The notes under the pieces are model-generated. The model was not told the DNA's origin and ran no database searches. It saw only the letters and a list, made by a program, of their open reading frames with translations. The translations under genes were made by a program, and so were the position numbers. Positions 35,714-46,576 of a stretch of 64,000 nt of DNA are shown one piece after another. The DNA is from an uncultured cyanobacterium (GTDB taxonomy: Bacteria; Cyanobacteriota; Cyanobacteriia; Cyanobacteriales; Nostocaceae). Where the stretch lies: NCBI GenBank assembly GCA_963740315.1, contig CAVUDP010000001.1, positions 224,001 through 288,000 on the forward strand, in the 5' to 3' direction. The first letter of the stretch is position 1; each line of letters opens with the position of its first letter.

Positions 35714-36007
35714 ATGTCAAATCCTAATTTACCAAAACAAACCCGCGCTCACGCATTTATATCCGGTAAAGTTCAAGGTGTTGGTTATCGTTACTCCACA
35801 ATGAATGCAGCCAAAAAGTTAGGTTTAAACGGATGGGTGCGAAATCTTCCCGATAATCGTGTAGAAGCTGTATTTGAAGGTGCGACAGAAGTAGTAGAAG
35901 AGATGATTCGCTGGTGCGATCGCGGACCAACTGCTGCTATTGTCAAAGATGTGCAAGTCGAATATTCCCAAGCGGAAGGAGTGCAGGGGTTTGAGATCGT
36001 CAGTTAG
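35714..36007 (+). CDS. acyP: Acylphosphatase
   Basis: GKVQGVGYR and GWVRNLPDNRVE signatures. Confidence 0.95.
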   Translation: MSNPNLPKQTRAHAFISGKVQGVGYRYSTMNAAKKLGLNGWVRNLPDNRVEAVFEGATEVVEEMIRWCDRGPTAAIVKDVQVEYSQAEGVQGFEIVS

Positions 36008-36132
36008 GAAAGTTAGGAGTTAGGAGTTAGGAGTTAGGAGTTAGTAGTTAGGAGTTAGGAGTTAAGAGTTAGGAGTTATTTTCTCCCCATCCCCCCATCC
36101 CCCCATCTCCCCATCTCCCCCATCTCCCCCTC
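36003..36132. repeat. STRR tracts (GTTAGGA)n and (CCCCATC)n
   Basis: About ten GTTAGGA-type units followed by CCCCATC/CCCATCT units between convergent genes. Confidence 0.85.
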
Positions 36133-36138
36133 TCCTTC

Positions 36139-37377
36139 TCACGATTCATTCATCTCCTTAAGCGTAGCCAATGCGGATGGCGAAATGCGACTTAAATAAC
36201 GAAATATCCAGTATTTACAGATAGTATCTAAGATCACGGGGACTGTGGCGATAAATATAAATATTATGTATCTAGCGGGTGGAATACCTAAATGTTCGGC
36301 AAATCCTGCGAGAAGCACTTCCCAACCTTCGGGTGAATGGAAACCGACGAACATATCTGTTAATAAAATAATTAGAAACGCTTTGGCACTATCGCTGAGT
36401 CCGTATGCTATATCATCAAGAAATGATTGAAGTATTGCTATTTCTCTTTTGCTGTTAACAACTATAAATGCAAATACAAATAACGATATAAAATCGGCAA
36501 ATACGTTACCGATCGCGCTGTTGTTTCGGTGATGAAATTTTTCTGCTATTTCTATTGCTCTTTGTTTCTGCTTTTGCTGTATTTCTTCTGATGATAGCGA
36601 TGGAGCTTGAAGAATAAATTGCTGCAATCTCAATTCTTCTTGATAAAGCTTAAATTCATGTAATACTTCTTCTTCAATATGACTATTTATAAAAGTATCG
36701 ACAACAGCATCGTTTCTAATGTTGTCTACTATTGGATAGATTAATAGTTGTGTTAATAGCAAGTAACTTAGAAAAGGTACTATTATTAAAGTCGCTAAAA
36801 ATTTTAAGGCAATTCTTGTTCTTTTGCTGGAAATCCGAAAATCTCTAACTGCTTTTTGTTCTGCTCCTGGAGATAATTCTTGAAAAACTTTTTGCAAACT
36901 TCTAGTAATAGAGCCGGGAAATAAACCTGTTTTTTCGGAGACAGGTTTAACTTTCATTTGATCTACATCGGCGCGATCGGATGTGCTATTTACTTGCTGA
37001 TTTCTACGCGAGGGAAACTGTTTCTCAACTGCATATCTTGCTGTCACCTCATCGATAAATTTTAATCTATCTAAAAATGTTTTATCGGATATATTTAATA
37101 CAGAACGAGTTTGCTGAAATTCTGCTAACCTCAAGTTGATTATCTTCAGGTTTTTTTCTAGCAATGATTCCCAATAAGATAGTACTTTTAGAGTATATTC
37201 GGTAGATTCGTCCGATATTTTTCTACCATTAAAATGTTTGTCTTCAATATCTCGAATTCTCAAAGCTGCTTCATAAGCTAATAAAAGCGCTCTTTGGGGC
37301 GTATCTAAAAACCATTTGTTTCCAAAGCCCCAATTCTCTTGAATTTTCCGGAAAAGTGATTTTCTAGGTTTACTCAT
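36139..37377 (-). CDS. pxcA: Proton extrusion protein PcxA (CemA family)
   Basis: TPQRALLLAYEAA N-terminus; LSDSAKAFLIILLTDMFVGFHSPEGWE and PVILDTICKYWIFRYL CemA motifs. Confidence 0.92.
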   Translation of the reverse strand: MSKPRKSLFRKIQENWGFGNKWFLDTPQRALLLAYEAALRIRDIEDKHFNGRKISDESTEYTLKVLSYWESLLEKNLKIINLRLAEFQQTRSVLNISDKTFLDRLKFIDEVTARYAVEKQFPSRRNQQVNSTSDRADVDQMKVKPVSEKTGLFPGSITRSLQKVFQELSPGAEQKAVRDFRISSKRTRIALKFLATLIIVPFLSYLLLTQLLIYPIVDNIRNDAVVDTFINSHIEEEVLHEFKLYQEELRLQQFILQAPSLSSEEIQQKQKQRAIEIAEKFHHRNNSAIGNVFADFISLFVFAFIVVNSKREIAILQSFLDDIAYGLSDSAKAFLIILLTDMFVGFHSPEGWEVLLAGFAEHLGIPPARYIIFIFIATVPVILDTICKYWIFRYLSRISPSALATLKEMNES

Positions 37378-37511
37378 ACAACGATTTAATCTTTTTATTG
37401 ACGCGGGATAAATGTCAACAAGGCTCGATAAACTTTATTCTCCAATAAATTATGATTTTTTTCAGCAGCTATATAATCTTGACTTTATAATATTTAATTA
37501 TTGTAGTGTGT

Positions 37512-37719
37512 ATCCCAAGCGCGATCGCAAATTACAGCAAAGCGATTCGTCTCAAACCTAACGGGAGCATCTATTTATGCTAATCGTCTGAAGGGTTATT
37601 CGCAAGTAGGAGAATATCAAAAGGCTTTAGCTGATGCGAATAAAGCCATATCTCTACAGACTAAGGAAGAAAAACAAAAGCTAAATGTGATTCGCGCAAT
37701 AGTTTATTCTAAGCTTTAA
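37512..37719 (+). pseudogene. TPR gene remnant
   Basis: Manual translation AIANYSKAIRLKPN / frameshift / SIYANR..GYSQVGEYQKALADANKAISL; no start codon. Confidence 0.6.
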
Positions 37720-37845
37720 TAAAGTACGTTTTCAATGTACTAAAAGCCTGACTCAGTCTGATTTCTCATACTTTGTTGTGGATGTCTGGGAATTGATTCC
37801 AAGGCGGAAACGATCGGTTAATTGCCATTGGTGCAAGATGTGAAT

Positions 37846-38973
37846 TTACAAATTAAAAACTTTTAAAATGTCCTTATAATTAAAGTACAAGTTTTCTTCA
37901 ACTCGTTTTTGTTCCTCAGCAGAGATATTGTTTATTTTCTTTGACTCATAAACTTCAATTTTTGAACTCACCTTACCACTGCTGTCAAAAATATAAAGAT
38001 CCCCGCTAGCTAAGTATCGAGCTGCAACAACCCTACCATCAGGAGAAAACCAATAGGCTAAGCCAGCATCTGCTTCAGTTGCATATTCGCTAGCACTTAC
38101 AACCCTATCGCCTTTTTTACAAATTTCATAATCGGTATATTTTTCGGTTTTCTTAGTTTTTGTACAACCTTTGGTTATAGCATCTAAGGATTTTGATACG
38201 GTTTGGAAGGAAGTTTCATCAATGATTCCGCTTTGAGAGGAAGATGCTTTTGCACTGGAGTTGTTATTAAAAGCTGCAAATATTCGATCGTAGCCATTGT
38301 ACAAATATTTAGCATCCTCACGGTCTTGATTGCTAATATTTCTAACTTTTCTAGGGTAAATAAATTTTGACTTAAGCTTACCGTTATTATCATACAGGAA
38401 AAGTTCTTCACTATGAGGTCTTTGAACTGCTACAACTTTACTGTTATTGAACCAAAAGCTTAAACCAGCACCAGCTTCAGAGTGATATTCGCTAGCACTT
38501 ACAATTTCACCTGCTTTTTTACAAATTGAGTAATTGAGAACTCCCTCATTTTTCTCGGTTTTTGTACAACCTTTGGTAATAGATTCTAAAGAATTTAATA
38601 CGGTTTGATAAGAAGTTTCATCAATAACCGACTTAGCTTTTTCATCTTGTTCGATACATTCATCAGGTATGCGATCGCCATTGTAATCTATACGCGCACC
38701 ATTAGCTTTCCCATCACCATTACAGTCAAATCTCGATCCAATTTGATTGCCAGTTTGAGTTTTTTTATCCTTTTTTTTCGCTACGATATTGGAGTCAGGG
38801 TTACTTGGCACACTTGGCTTATCGATAGTTTCTCCGCTGAGGGGATCGGAATCTTGTTGTTGAGATTGAATTGATTCGATTAGATTGTCGTTGTTATTAG
38901 CAGCAGGAGTTTGATTACACCCCAATAGTGCAAACGCTACCAAACCTAAAGTCAAAACTTTTGCGTATTTCAT
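37846..38973 (-). CDS. Lipoprotein with tandemly duplicated Cys-pair domain
   Basis: Lipobox LLGC; DCNGDG/DYNGD motifs; two copies of IDETS.QTV..SL..ITKGCTKT...ICKK...VSASEY...AGL..WF. Confidence 0.85.
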   Translation of the reverse strand: MKYAKVLTLGLVAFALLGCNQTPAANNNDNLIESIQSQQQDSDPLSGETIDKPSVPSNPDSNIVAKKKDKKTQTGNQIGSRFDCNGDGKANGARIDYNGDRIPDECIEQDEKAKSVIDETSYQTVLNSLESITKGCTKTEKNEGVLNYSICKKAGEIVSASEYHSEAGAGLSFWFNNSKVVAVQRPHSEELFLYDNNGKLKSKFIYPRKVRNISNQDREDAKYLYNGYDRIFAAFNNNSSAKASSSQSGIIDETSFQTVSKSLDAITKGCTKTKKTEKYTDYEICKKGDRVVSASEYATEADAGLAYWFSPDGRVVAARYLASGDLYIFDSSGKVSSKIEVYESKKINNISAEEQKRVEENLYFNYKDILKVFNL

Positions 38974-39035
38974 GCTATTAATAATTCTAATAATTTACAA
39001 ATTTATTTACCGTTATCGTTTATTTATGCGAGTAA

Positions 39036-39899
39036 TTAGTTAACACCAAAAACTTGAAATATTTCGCTATAACCATTAATCAAACTGTCAGCTTCTTGAA
39101 GTTGCTTGTTGCTGAAATTTTTTATTTTTTTGGACTGATTACCTTCATCACCAAAAGTAACAAATATTGAACTGAGATAACCATCTGGATAATAAACAAA
39201 AAGACCGTTATTATAGTTGCTATCAACTCTTTGAATTGCAACTGGTTTGTTATTATGAAACCAATACCAAGCCGAACTCACAGATCCATTTTCAGATTTA
39301 ATAGCTCTTACAATTTGACCATCTTTTTTGCAAATATAATAACTGTAATATTCCAGTTTTTTTGAAGTCGTTTGGCAGCCTTTATCAAAATAATTCAACA
39401 TATTAGTAACGGTTTCAAGAGATGTCTCGTCAACTACAGGATCTATTTTGAGATTGGCAGTTACGCATTCATCTGGCATCCCATCACCATCGTAATCAAC
39501 GCGAACATCATTTTCTAATCCGTCACCATCGCAGGTTGCCGAGCCGATAATTCGTCCATTACCTATTTTTTTGCGTACTTCTTCTAAAGTTCCGTATTGG
39601 CTAGAAGAATTCTGTGTTGGAGTTGGAGCTTCTATTTTTTCTACTTTTTTAGAGTCAGAATTCTTTCGTTGAGATGGAGTTGGTGCTTCTATTCTTTCTA
39701 CTTTTTTAGGTGAAGATTTTTTTGTTTGAGATACTTGTGAATCTCAATCGTTTGCAGCGATTTGAGGAGCAGAATTTTCTTCTTGGGGTGTATTTGCTTC
39801 TACTATTGTATTATCTATCTCGCTCGTTACAGGAGGTTTATTACATCCGACTAATGTAAATAATACTAAGCTTAAAGACAATAATTTCGCGTACTTCAT
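39036..39899 (-). pseudogene. Paralogous lipoprotein interrupted by an in-frame TGA at codon 52
   Basis: ATG 39899 gives MKYAKLLSLSLVLFTLVGC lipobox; TGA at 39744-39746; same frame continues into ORF 39036-39479 (VDETSLETV..GC..ICKK). Confidence 0.8.
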
Positions 39900-40163
39900 C
39901 CTATTAACAATTTCAATAACTTCTAAAATTATCTACTCATGCTAACCAAGCAATTCTCAAGAGATTACCGAAACAATACTGAAACTTTATATTTTGCGGT
40001 AATTACTGAAGAAAATCTTATAGCTGGAATTTCTAAATGTAGTTATAAAACCTAACCCCCCTACCGCCCTTCCCGGAGCAGGGAATGGGGATTTTAAGCT
40101 TCTTTCCTTGTAGGAGAGAGGTAACAATTAAAGTTCTTAACTTTCCCGCGCATCCTCTAAGAA

Positions 40164-41303
40164 TTATTCTTGATTATATTTCTTTTTTAATTCTTCCAAC
40201 TCATCATCTATTTTGCTATTCTTCGCTGATTGCGTATGAGAAGATGAATTAGAGTTTGAATTTGGAGATTTTTTACCTTTCGTGAACATAGTTTTCACCT
40301 GCTCCAATTCATCATCTATTTGACTCGGAGACGATGAAACAATAGTCGGTGGAACTGGTTTTGATGGCGTTGGAACTGGTTTTACAGCATTTCCAGTTTG
40401 GGCAATTAAAGTAGGTAAAGAATTCACATCTTTCAACACCTCATCCACAGTTTGATAGCGACGTGCGGGGGTTGTCGCCAACATTTTATCCAAAATTCGG
40501 CTCAAATCGCGATCGATACTAGCTTGCAGATAATCTCGCCACAGCCAAACATCATTATTAATATCGTACAAATCAAATGGCGATCGCGCTGTTAATAAAT
40601 GAATGCAGGTAACTCCCAAGCTGTAAATATCGCTGGCAAAAAGCGCCCTACCTCTCATCTGCTCTGGTGCAACATATTCGGGGCTACCAATACTCGTACC
40701 CGTTTGATGCATTGAAGTTTGAGTCACAACTTTGGAAGCACCAAAATCCACCAATACAATTTGTCCCCTGGTTTTGGGAGGATTTTGACGACGAATAATA
40801 TTTTCGGGTTTGATATCGCGGTGAATAACTTGTTTTTGATGGCAAAATTGCAAGATTCTCAACAATTCATGTAGCAACTGCTGAATTTGAGTTTCGCTGT
40901 AAACCCCGTTTTGCTGCAATTCCTGCGCTAAATTCAACCCATCGATAAATTCTTGGATCAAATACTGGCGATCGTTTTGAGTAAAATACGCTAAAAGTTC
41001 GGGTATTTGTCGATGCTTGCCCAATTCTTCCAAACGCATCGCTTCATGATTAAATAATTCTATCGCCTTAGCTAAAGTTCCAGTACCCTGAGCCTGGGGA
41101 TAAAACTGCTTAATTACACAAAGAGGTAGAGACGGTTTATCTTCATCTCTAGCCAAAAAAGTCCTGCTAAAACCACCTTGCCCTATAGGTTTCATCGCAC
41201 GATAACGTTCCTTGAGCAGTAACTTGTAACCACAACTCAAGCAAAACTTTTCACTATTCGTATTTTGCGGATTTGGACAATTTGGATTAAGGCAGTAACT
41301 CAT
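40164..41303 (-). CDS. Serine/threonine protein kinase with N-terminal 4-Cys motif
   Basis: CLNPNC..CLSC, GQGGFS, VIKQ, HRDIKPEN, DFG, APE, DIYSLG. Confidence 0.95.
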   Translation of the reverse strand: MSYCLNPNCPNPQNTNSEKFCLSCGYKLLLKERYRAMKPIGQGGFSRTFLARDEDKPSLPLCVIKQFYPQAQGTGTLAKAIELFNHEAMRLEELGKHRQIPELLAYFTQNDRQYLIQEFIDGLNLAQELQQNGVYSETQIQQLLHELLRILQFCHQKQVIHRDIKPENIIRRQNPPKTRGQIVLVDFGASKVVTQTSMHQTGTSIGSPEYVAPEQMRGRALFASDIYSLGVTCIHLLTARSPFDLYDINNDVWLWRDYLQASIDRDLSRILDKMLATTPARRYQTVDEVLKDVNSLPTLIAQTGNAVKPVPTPSKPVPPTIVSSSPSQIDDELEQVKTMFTKGKKSPNSNSNSSSHTQSAKNSKIDDELEELKKKYNQE

Positions 41304-41512
41304 TTTACACGGGCATTGAATGCTCTTATATATCTCTATTGTGCCCTGTTTCAGATATATTGTGTTTTGTTAATATTTGTCAAGGATATAGCAATTTTTA
41401 CAACGGATGCATTTGTTTTGGATTGTCTTGGACAGTTTGTGAATAAATAAATCAATAAAATAAAGCTCACTTGTCCAATACTCTATATTTATCATCCTTT
41501 GAGCAAGATAAT

Positions 41513-41740
41513 ATGATTTTATTATCTTTAATTTTAGGGCTAATATTAGGCTATTTATTTAGCGGTAAAAAAGGTAGCTTAATTAGCTTTAATTTTTATA
41601 TAAACGTAAATTTCAGCGACAACTTGAACGGCAACGGTAATAACAACGGTAATAACAACGGTAATGATAATTTAAAGAATAACGAAGATAACGGGAATTG
41701 CAATCGAGTCAGAGGTGGAGAGTTGGAAGTTAGGAGTTAG
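41513..41740 (+). CDS. Possible small membrane protein with Asn/Gly-rich tail
   Basis: Hydrophobic MILLSLILGLILGYLF followed by NGNN repeats; low complexity. Confidence 0.35.
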   Translation: MILLSLILGLILGYLFSGKKGSLISFNFYINVNFSDNLNGNGNNNGNNNGNDNLKNNEDNGNCNRVRGGELEVRS

Positions 41741-41923
41741 TAGCGATAAATCCGTCTAAGCTGGTTGCAATATATATATAGTTTGTCATTGATTCCCCCT
41801 TCTCAGTTTTCTCAGATAACTCTTATTGTTTCCTCAGTTTGCAATCATTAGTTCCTCAGCATCATCCTTCATATTAGTAATTAAGGACAGAGAAACAACG
41901 ATTTAAACAAGAGGTAACGACAA

Positions 41924-42397
41924 ATGAAATTCAACAAATTAGCTGGTTTCGGAATCGCATCTATCGTATTATTCGGCAGCGTTGGTGAATTAGCAATTAA
42001 CGTACAGCCAGCCCAAGCTCAAAGTGCAGCACAAGGTATCCGAGTTGCAGCAAAATCCAACTCACTAATTGCATCCGGTAACTTTGTAAAAGCAGAGAAA
42101 GCAACTAGCGGTAAAGCTAATATTGTCAGCATCAACGGTAAGCGTTACCTAGAGTTTGATAAAGCATTTAGTACTGGTAATGGTCCCGATGTCAAAATTA
42201 TTTTACATAAAAATAGCAGCATTCCCCTCAACGTCAAAGAAGGAAACTACATTACACTGGCTCGAATTAAAAGCTTTAAAGGAAAACAGCGCTACGCAAT
42301 TCCTAACAACGTAAACCTTGCTAATTATAAATCTGTAGGAATTTGGTGCGAAGAATTCAATGCTACTTTTGGTTACGCTAGTTTGCAGAGTGCTTAA
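41924..42397 (+). CDS. DM13 domain protein, secreted
   Basis: GAGG RBS, signal peptide, GPDVKI, GKQRYAIP, SVGIWCEEFNATFG. Confidence 0.9.
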   Translation: MKFNKLAGFGIASIVLFGSVGELAINVQPAQAQSAAQGIRVAAKSNSLIASGNFVKAEKATSGKANIVSINGKRYLEFDKAFSTGNGPDVKIILHKNSSIPLNVKEGNYITLARIKSFKGKQRYAIPNNVNLANYKSVGIWCEEFNATFGYASLQSA

Positions 42398-42740
42398 GTT
42401 TGAAAGTTAGTTTTATATGTACTTTTATATGTAAGCTTTATTTTTTTTATTGCTTTAACACTTCACACACTATTTTATCGGCAGACTCGAATTTTACGGG
42501 TGCTGCTGATTTTTTTTTATTGTAAAAATTGAATTTAAACAGGCTTTTCTATCTCAGTTTTCTGGATAGTTCTGAAGGGTAAAAAGGTTTGTAGTAAGGG
42601 CAATATCCCTCATATCAATGGGCTTGAGGACGCGCATTCCCAACTACAAACCTATCATAATTAATGCAATAGACTACTAGATTCGGTTGCTCTAATCAAA
42701 TTTCTAGTTAAAACTATTATTAAAAAAGCGCTTAACCTAA

Positions 42741-42870
42741 GAGATTGTTTGAAAAGTGGTTAACTGTGATTTTAGCCACTTATCGATCCCCCCTAACCCC
42801 CCGTATTATTGGGGGGGAATAGGAATCTAGAACGTTTTGGTACCGACAAGAAGACTGGCAAAACATCCTC
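42741..42870. mobile_element. MITE, sister of 12443-12604, TAA target duplication
   Basis: TAA-GAGATTGTTTGAAAAGTGGTTAACTGTG ... AAAACATCCTC-TAA. Confidence 0.65.
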
Positions 42871-42896
42871 TAACCGATCGGATCCATTGTTTTCAA

Positions 42897-44573
42897 TTAG
42901 AAAATTGAATTGGTAGGTTCTACAATTGGTTGAGCAATGTTATCTACAACAAAATCACCGATAGCATTACCCGTTGGAAGTGCTTCTCCAACTCCTGAAT
43001 CAAAAGTATGCACGCCACCAAAAACACGACTCTCGGCATTTTCAATCGCTGCATCTTGGAAGCTGTCGTAAAAACGAACTATACCGGGTAAATCTGGCGA
43101 AACAGCCGGAAACTCAAAATCTTCACCGTAGAAACTTGCTAAGACAGGAGCCGCAGCACCTCCGATGGTAGCGTGCCCTGAAATGTAGTCAGGAAAAGGA
43201 GGTGTCTCGACAAATGACTCCCACTCTGGATCTACAACCGTATCCTCGCGACCGTCAATAGCATAAAGTCCGGTAATATCAGTTACAGGTCTTGGGTCAA
43301 GATAGGTATATTTAGCATCCCATGCAACGATAACCGCATCAGCTACAGCAGTGTTTAATTGCACAAACAATCGAGCGTTTTCTTCGAGACTATTGCCTTC
43401 CCTTACAGCAATTTGTTCTGCAATGTGATTCCAGTGCTTGCCCGGTTTGTAAGAGTCTCCCCGGTCATTGAGCCAAAATTCAGCAATCTCCGATTGTTCC
43501 GGAGTACGGATAATCTCAGTTAACTCAGTGTCTTTCTTTCCGCCTAAAACTCGAACTTCTTCGAGTTGTCTGGCATATTCGTCGCTACCAAATGGTGGGG
43601 GACCATCTGGAAGATATTCGTCAGAGCTGGAAATAGCCCAGGTTTGTGCATCGTTACCATATCCCGCACCAACTGCAATCCCGTCTTCACCAGGTTCCCA
43701 AACTGTCTCTGTCTGTGGAGGATTGAAAGGATAGTAATTGTCTGGATCGTCAACATCAAGTTCATCTTCTCGCAAAGCTAATAATTCTCTGGCAACAGCT
43801 TTACCGTAGGCATAGCCATAATCTTCAGATATACCATCGCTAATTTCGTCAAGAGACTTCTCCTTTTGCAAATCAAATATGTCTATTTGTTCGGGGAAAA
43901 GTTCACTTAGTACGGTATAACCAGCCCCGACAACTGCGGCTTCAGCAGAAGCATTTTCAGGTGCCTCTATATCTACAGCATAAGGCTCGTATCCTCCCTT
44001 AATTCCATTTACAGCATCGTAAATAGCTGCGTGTAACATTGCTGCCGCACGAGTTGTTTCTGGAGGTGCCGCGCCAACATTTAGAAATGAGTCGTATTTA
44101 TATTGAGTCGCGGCTGCATTCGATGCGATCGCGTTCCAATCAATAATTACATCAGTACCTGGGATAGAAACCAACTCAGAAACCGTCGGGTTTGTGGATG
44201 TATCCGAATCCGAGTCATTTAGTGCGTCAAGTTGGGCAATTAGAAAGTAAGCACCGGGCATTACATAGGAAGTATTATTGTCATATCCAAGGGTAAAGGT
44301 TTGAGATTCACCAGGCTGCAAATCTTGTAATGTCACCTCTTGGTTAGTCAATAGCCCATCATTAACTAGTTGATTGGTATCGGGCAACAATCTTTGGTTA
44401 ATCACTTTATCCGCAGATACATAGAGCCTAATATCTTTTGCACCTGTAACTATTTCATCACTTTCATTAGTGATAGTTACCTCAACATGACCTCGATCTC
44501 CCATTTCAACAGTATCGGGAAGATTGATGTTACTAAATTCAATTTTTAGATTTTCCACTGATAACTCCATCAA
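42897..44573 (-). CDS. Vanadium-dependent haloperoxidase / PAP2-family protein with N-terminal Ig/CARDB-like domain
   Basis: WDAKYTYLDPRP, PPFPDYISGH, SRVFGGVH vanadate/phosphate-binding motifs. Confidence 0.88.
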   Translation of the reverse strand: MMELSVENLKIEFSNINLPDTVEMGDRGHVEVTITNESDEIVTGAKDIRLYVSADKVINQRLLPDTNQLVNDGLLTNQEVTLQDLQPGESQTFTLGYDNNTSYVMPGAYFLIAQLDALNDSDSDTSTNPTVSELVSIPGTDVIIDWNAIASNAAATQYKYDSFLNVGAAPPETTRAAAMLHAAIYDAVNGIKGGYEPYAVDIEAPENASAEAAVVGAGYTVLSELFPEQIDIFDLQKEKSLDEISDGISEDYGYAYGKAVARELLALREDELDVDDPDNYYPFNPPQTETVWEPGEDGIAVGAGYGNDAQTWAISSSDEYLPDGPPPFGSDEYARQLEEVRVLGGKKDTELTEIIRTPEQSEIAEFWLNDRGDSYKPGKHWNHIAEQIAVREGNSLEENARLFVQLNTAVADAVIVAWDAKYTYLDPRPVTDITGLYAIDGREDTVVDPEWESFVETPPFPDYISGHATIGGAAAPVLASFYGEDFEFPAVSPDLPGIVRFYDSFQDAAIENAESRVFGGVHTFDSGVGEALPTGNAIGDFVVDNIAQPIVEPTNSIF

Positions 44574-45080
44574 GATTTAGATTATAAAGATGACTGCCAA
44601 TTCTAAAAAGTTATTCTCATCGAAACGAGGAAACTTAATTAGTAAATAGCATCCATTACCAAACATTTGAATTTAGTCAGAGCAATTGAGTAACTGGCGG
44701 TATACCAGTAACTTGTTTGTTTATAAGGATTAACAATCCTTACATCCTGACCTAAATTTTTGACTAGCTTTAGCAAAACCAGTTATTTGATTGGCTGCAA
44801 AATTTCGTAGGTATCTATAAGTAACTATGGATATTTTCTAAATGGATTATGCAGGTGAATCACAATCATTCCGCGATCGACTACAAATAATTAACCGTTA
44901 AATCCTTGTGTGAAGCGAGTTGAAGTACAATTTATTAAAATATCAATTTAAATTTAATTTACATAAATATACGGTTAATCTTAATGCCGTGTATTATCTG
45001 CTACGTATTTTTAGGACTACTTGTAATCTAAAATACATTTACTTCTGAAATAATAATTTCTAAATAGCCTTGAAATAAAT

Positions 45081-45209
45081 TCTCAAGACGAGAAGATTGA
45101 CATTATGCAAAGCAAAATTGAACAAGTAAATGAGAAGATTGAGCAACTTAATAACATCAAAGCTTATTTGAAGACAAAATTAGACAAGGTAAAACAAGGG
45201 ACATTGTAG
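45081..45209 (+). pseudogene. Coiled-coil remnant resembling a MerR-family regulator C-terminus
   Basis: Manual translation SQDEKIDIMQSKIEQVNEKIEQLNNIKAYLKTKLDKVKQGTL*; no HTH upstream. Confidence 0.4.
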
Positions 45210-45337
45210 GTAATGAAGGCTAATTATCAGATATCTAAGCATATTCCTTCGCCTTTCGCTTCCAAAATTAAATGCGTTTGCACTCTTGAGTAAGCTAGTT
45301 ATCGTATGATCAAATCAAGCTGTAGAAATAACCTAAT

Positions 45338-45625
45338 ATGGATTTTATTAAAGAACAGATTAATGAGAAGCTAGAAAACCTACCTAAAACAGCACTTGAG
45401 CAAGTTCTAGAGTATGTTACTTTTTTGGAATGGCGTAAAAGTAATAATAATGAATTATCATCTGTAGCTAGCGAACAGTTACTAGAAGAAGATAAAAACT
45501 GGTTGGAAGCAGATTTATCTAATCTAGGTAGTTACGAACCATATGACTGGCAACCTGGAGAAATAGATGAAGGTTTACCCGTTAAGCATTTACCCGGTAA
45601 GGGAATAGTGATAGTAGAAGAATGA
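45338..45625 (+). CDS. DUF2281-like putative antitoxin
   Basis: KLENLPKTALEQVLEYVTFL N-terminus, acidic C-terminus; stop overlaps an ATG (ATGA). Confidence 0.6.
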   Translation: MDFIKEQINEKLENLPKTALEQVLEYVTFLEWRKSNNNELSSVASEQLLEEDKNWLEADLSNLGSYEPYDWQPGEIDEGLPVKHLPGKGIVIVEE

Positions 45626-45673
45626 CCACAGCAAAACCCCCAAGGATGCGAGCAAGAAGGCTATCCTAATCGT

Positions 45674-46576
45674 TTAGCTATCATCAGCAAGGTCTTCATC
45701 AGTAGAAACAGGTAAAGGTTGCCCAAAAAACAACAAAGTGCTTTGCGGTAATCTTGCTTCAATTTGTCCTAGAATTGCCTCTAATTCTACTTTTGGACTT
45801 GACTGTAAGCCGAGACACATTGCAATTCCATTCGCGTCTGTACTCCACCTTTGTTTAAGCTGAATACGATAACCGGAAGTTTCAGCAAGCAATTCATAGG
45901 AATGAAAATGCATGGGATTTCCCAGACGAGCATCTTGAATATGTTCAAAGGAAAATTCTCGTTGCATATATTCAAAAAGACAATCTTGAGCTATCAAAAC
46001 AAGATGTTTATTAAGATGTTCAAAAGTTTGAATTTTATGATGAAGTTGCATCAAAATTGTCTTTGCTGTCATCTTCCAATTCATGCCAAATCCCTTTTTC
46101 GATGCAAGATCCGCATCTCTCACTTCAATACCATGATTCTGAACAAAACGTTGGCGTTCGGGCCACACCGTACCAGTGGTATCGAGAGTTTGCAGTTCCA
46201 TACCAACAAAGTCGATAACTTTTCCCGATCGCACAGAAGTAAGGCAGTAATCGATACTACCTCCCGGTACTGAGATTTCAGGAACAATCCGAAGTTCGTT
46301 ACCTGGTTCATGCAGTGTTAATAAATGAATACAGTCCGTAAAGATTTGGCTGTGTTCGAGAAGTCGAAACGGACAAATAATAATATTTCGGGCTTGTTTA
46401 CCATAAGAAACCGTACATGAACCAATGGTAATATCTGGTTCGCTTTTGCGATTTTTAAGACATTTACGAGATAGAAAAGGACAGTTCTGGTTAGAAATAA
46501 TCTCATCCCAAGCAAGCGATTGATTTGTAGAATTCCCGTATAGTTCAACAACTTTAGTCATGAAGGTAAACCGCAC
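45674..46576 (-). CDS. NotI-family type II restriction endonuclease
   Basis: Fe-S-type Cys pattern CPF...C.K...GSC...IICPFR, then E...IDY...ELQTLDTTG; overlaps the MTase 3' end (start may be ATG 46561). Confidence 0.8.
   Translation of the reverse strand: MRFTFMTKVVELYGNSTNQSLAWDEIISNQNCPFLSRKCLKNRKSEPDITIGSCTVSYGKQARNIIICPFRLLEHSQIFTDCIHLLTLHEPGNELRIVPEISVPGGSIDYCLTSVRSGKVIDFVGMELQTLDTTGTVWPERQRFVQNHGIEVRDADLASKKGFGMNWKMTAKTILMQLHHKIQTFEHLNKHLVLIAQDCLFEYMQREFSFEHIQDARLGNPMHFHSYELLAETSGYRIQLKQRWSTDANGIAMCLGLQSSPKVELEAILGQIEARLPQSTLLFFGQPLPVSTDEDLADDS

Noticed and set aside
39744..39746. Selenocysteine recoding of the in-frame TGA
   Set aside because: Falls in a low-complexity linker, not a Cys position, and no SECIS-like hairpin follows
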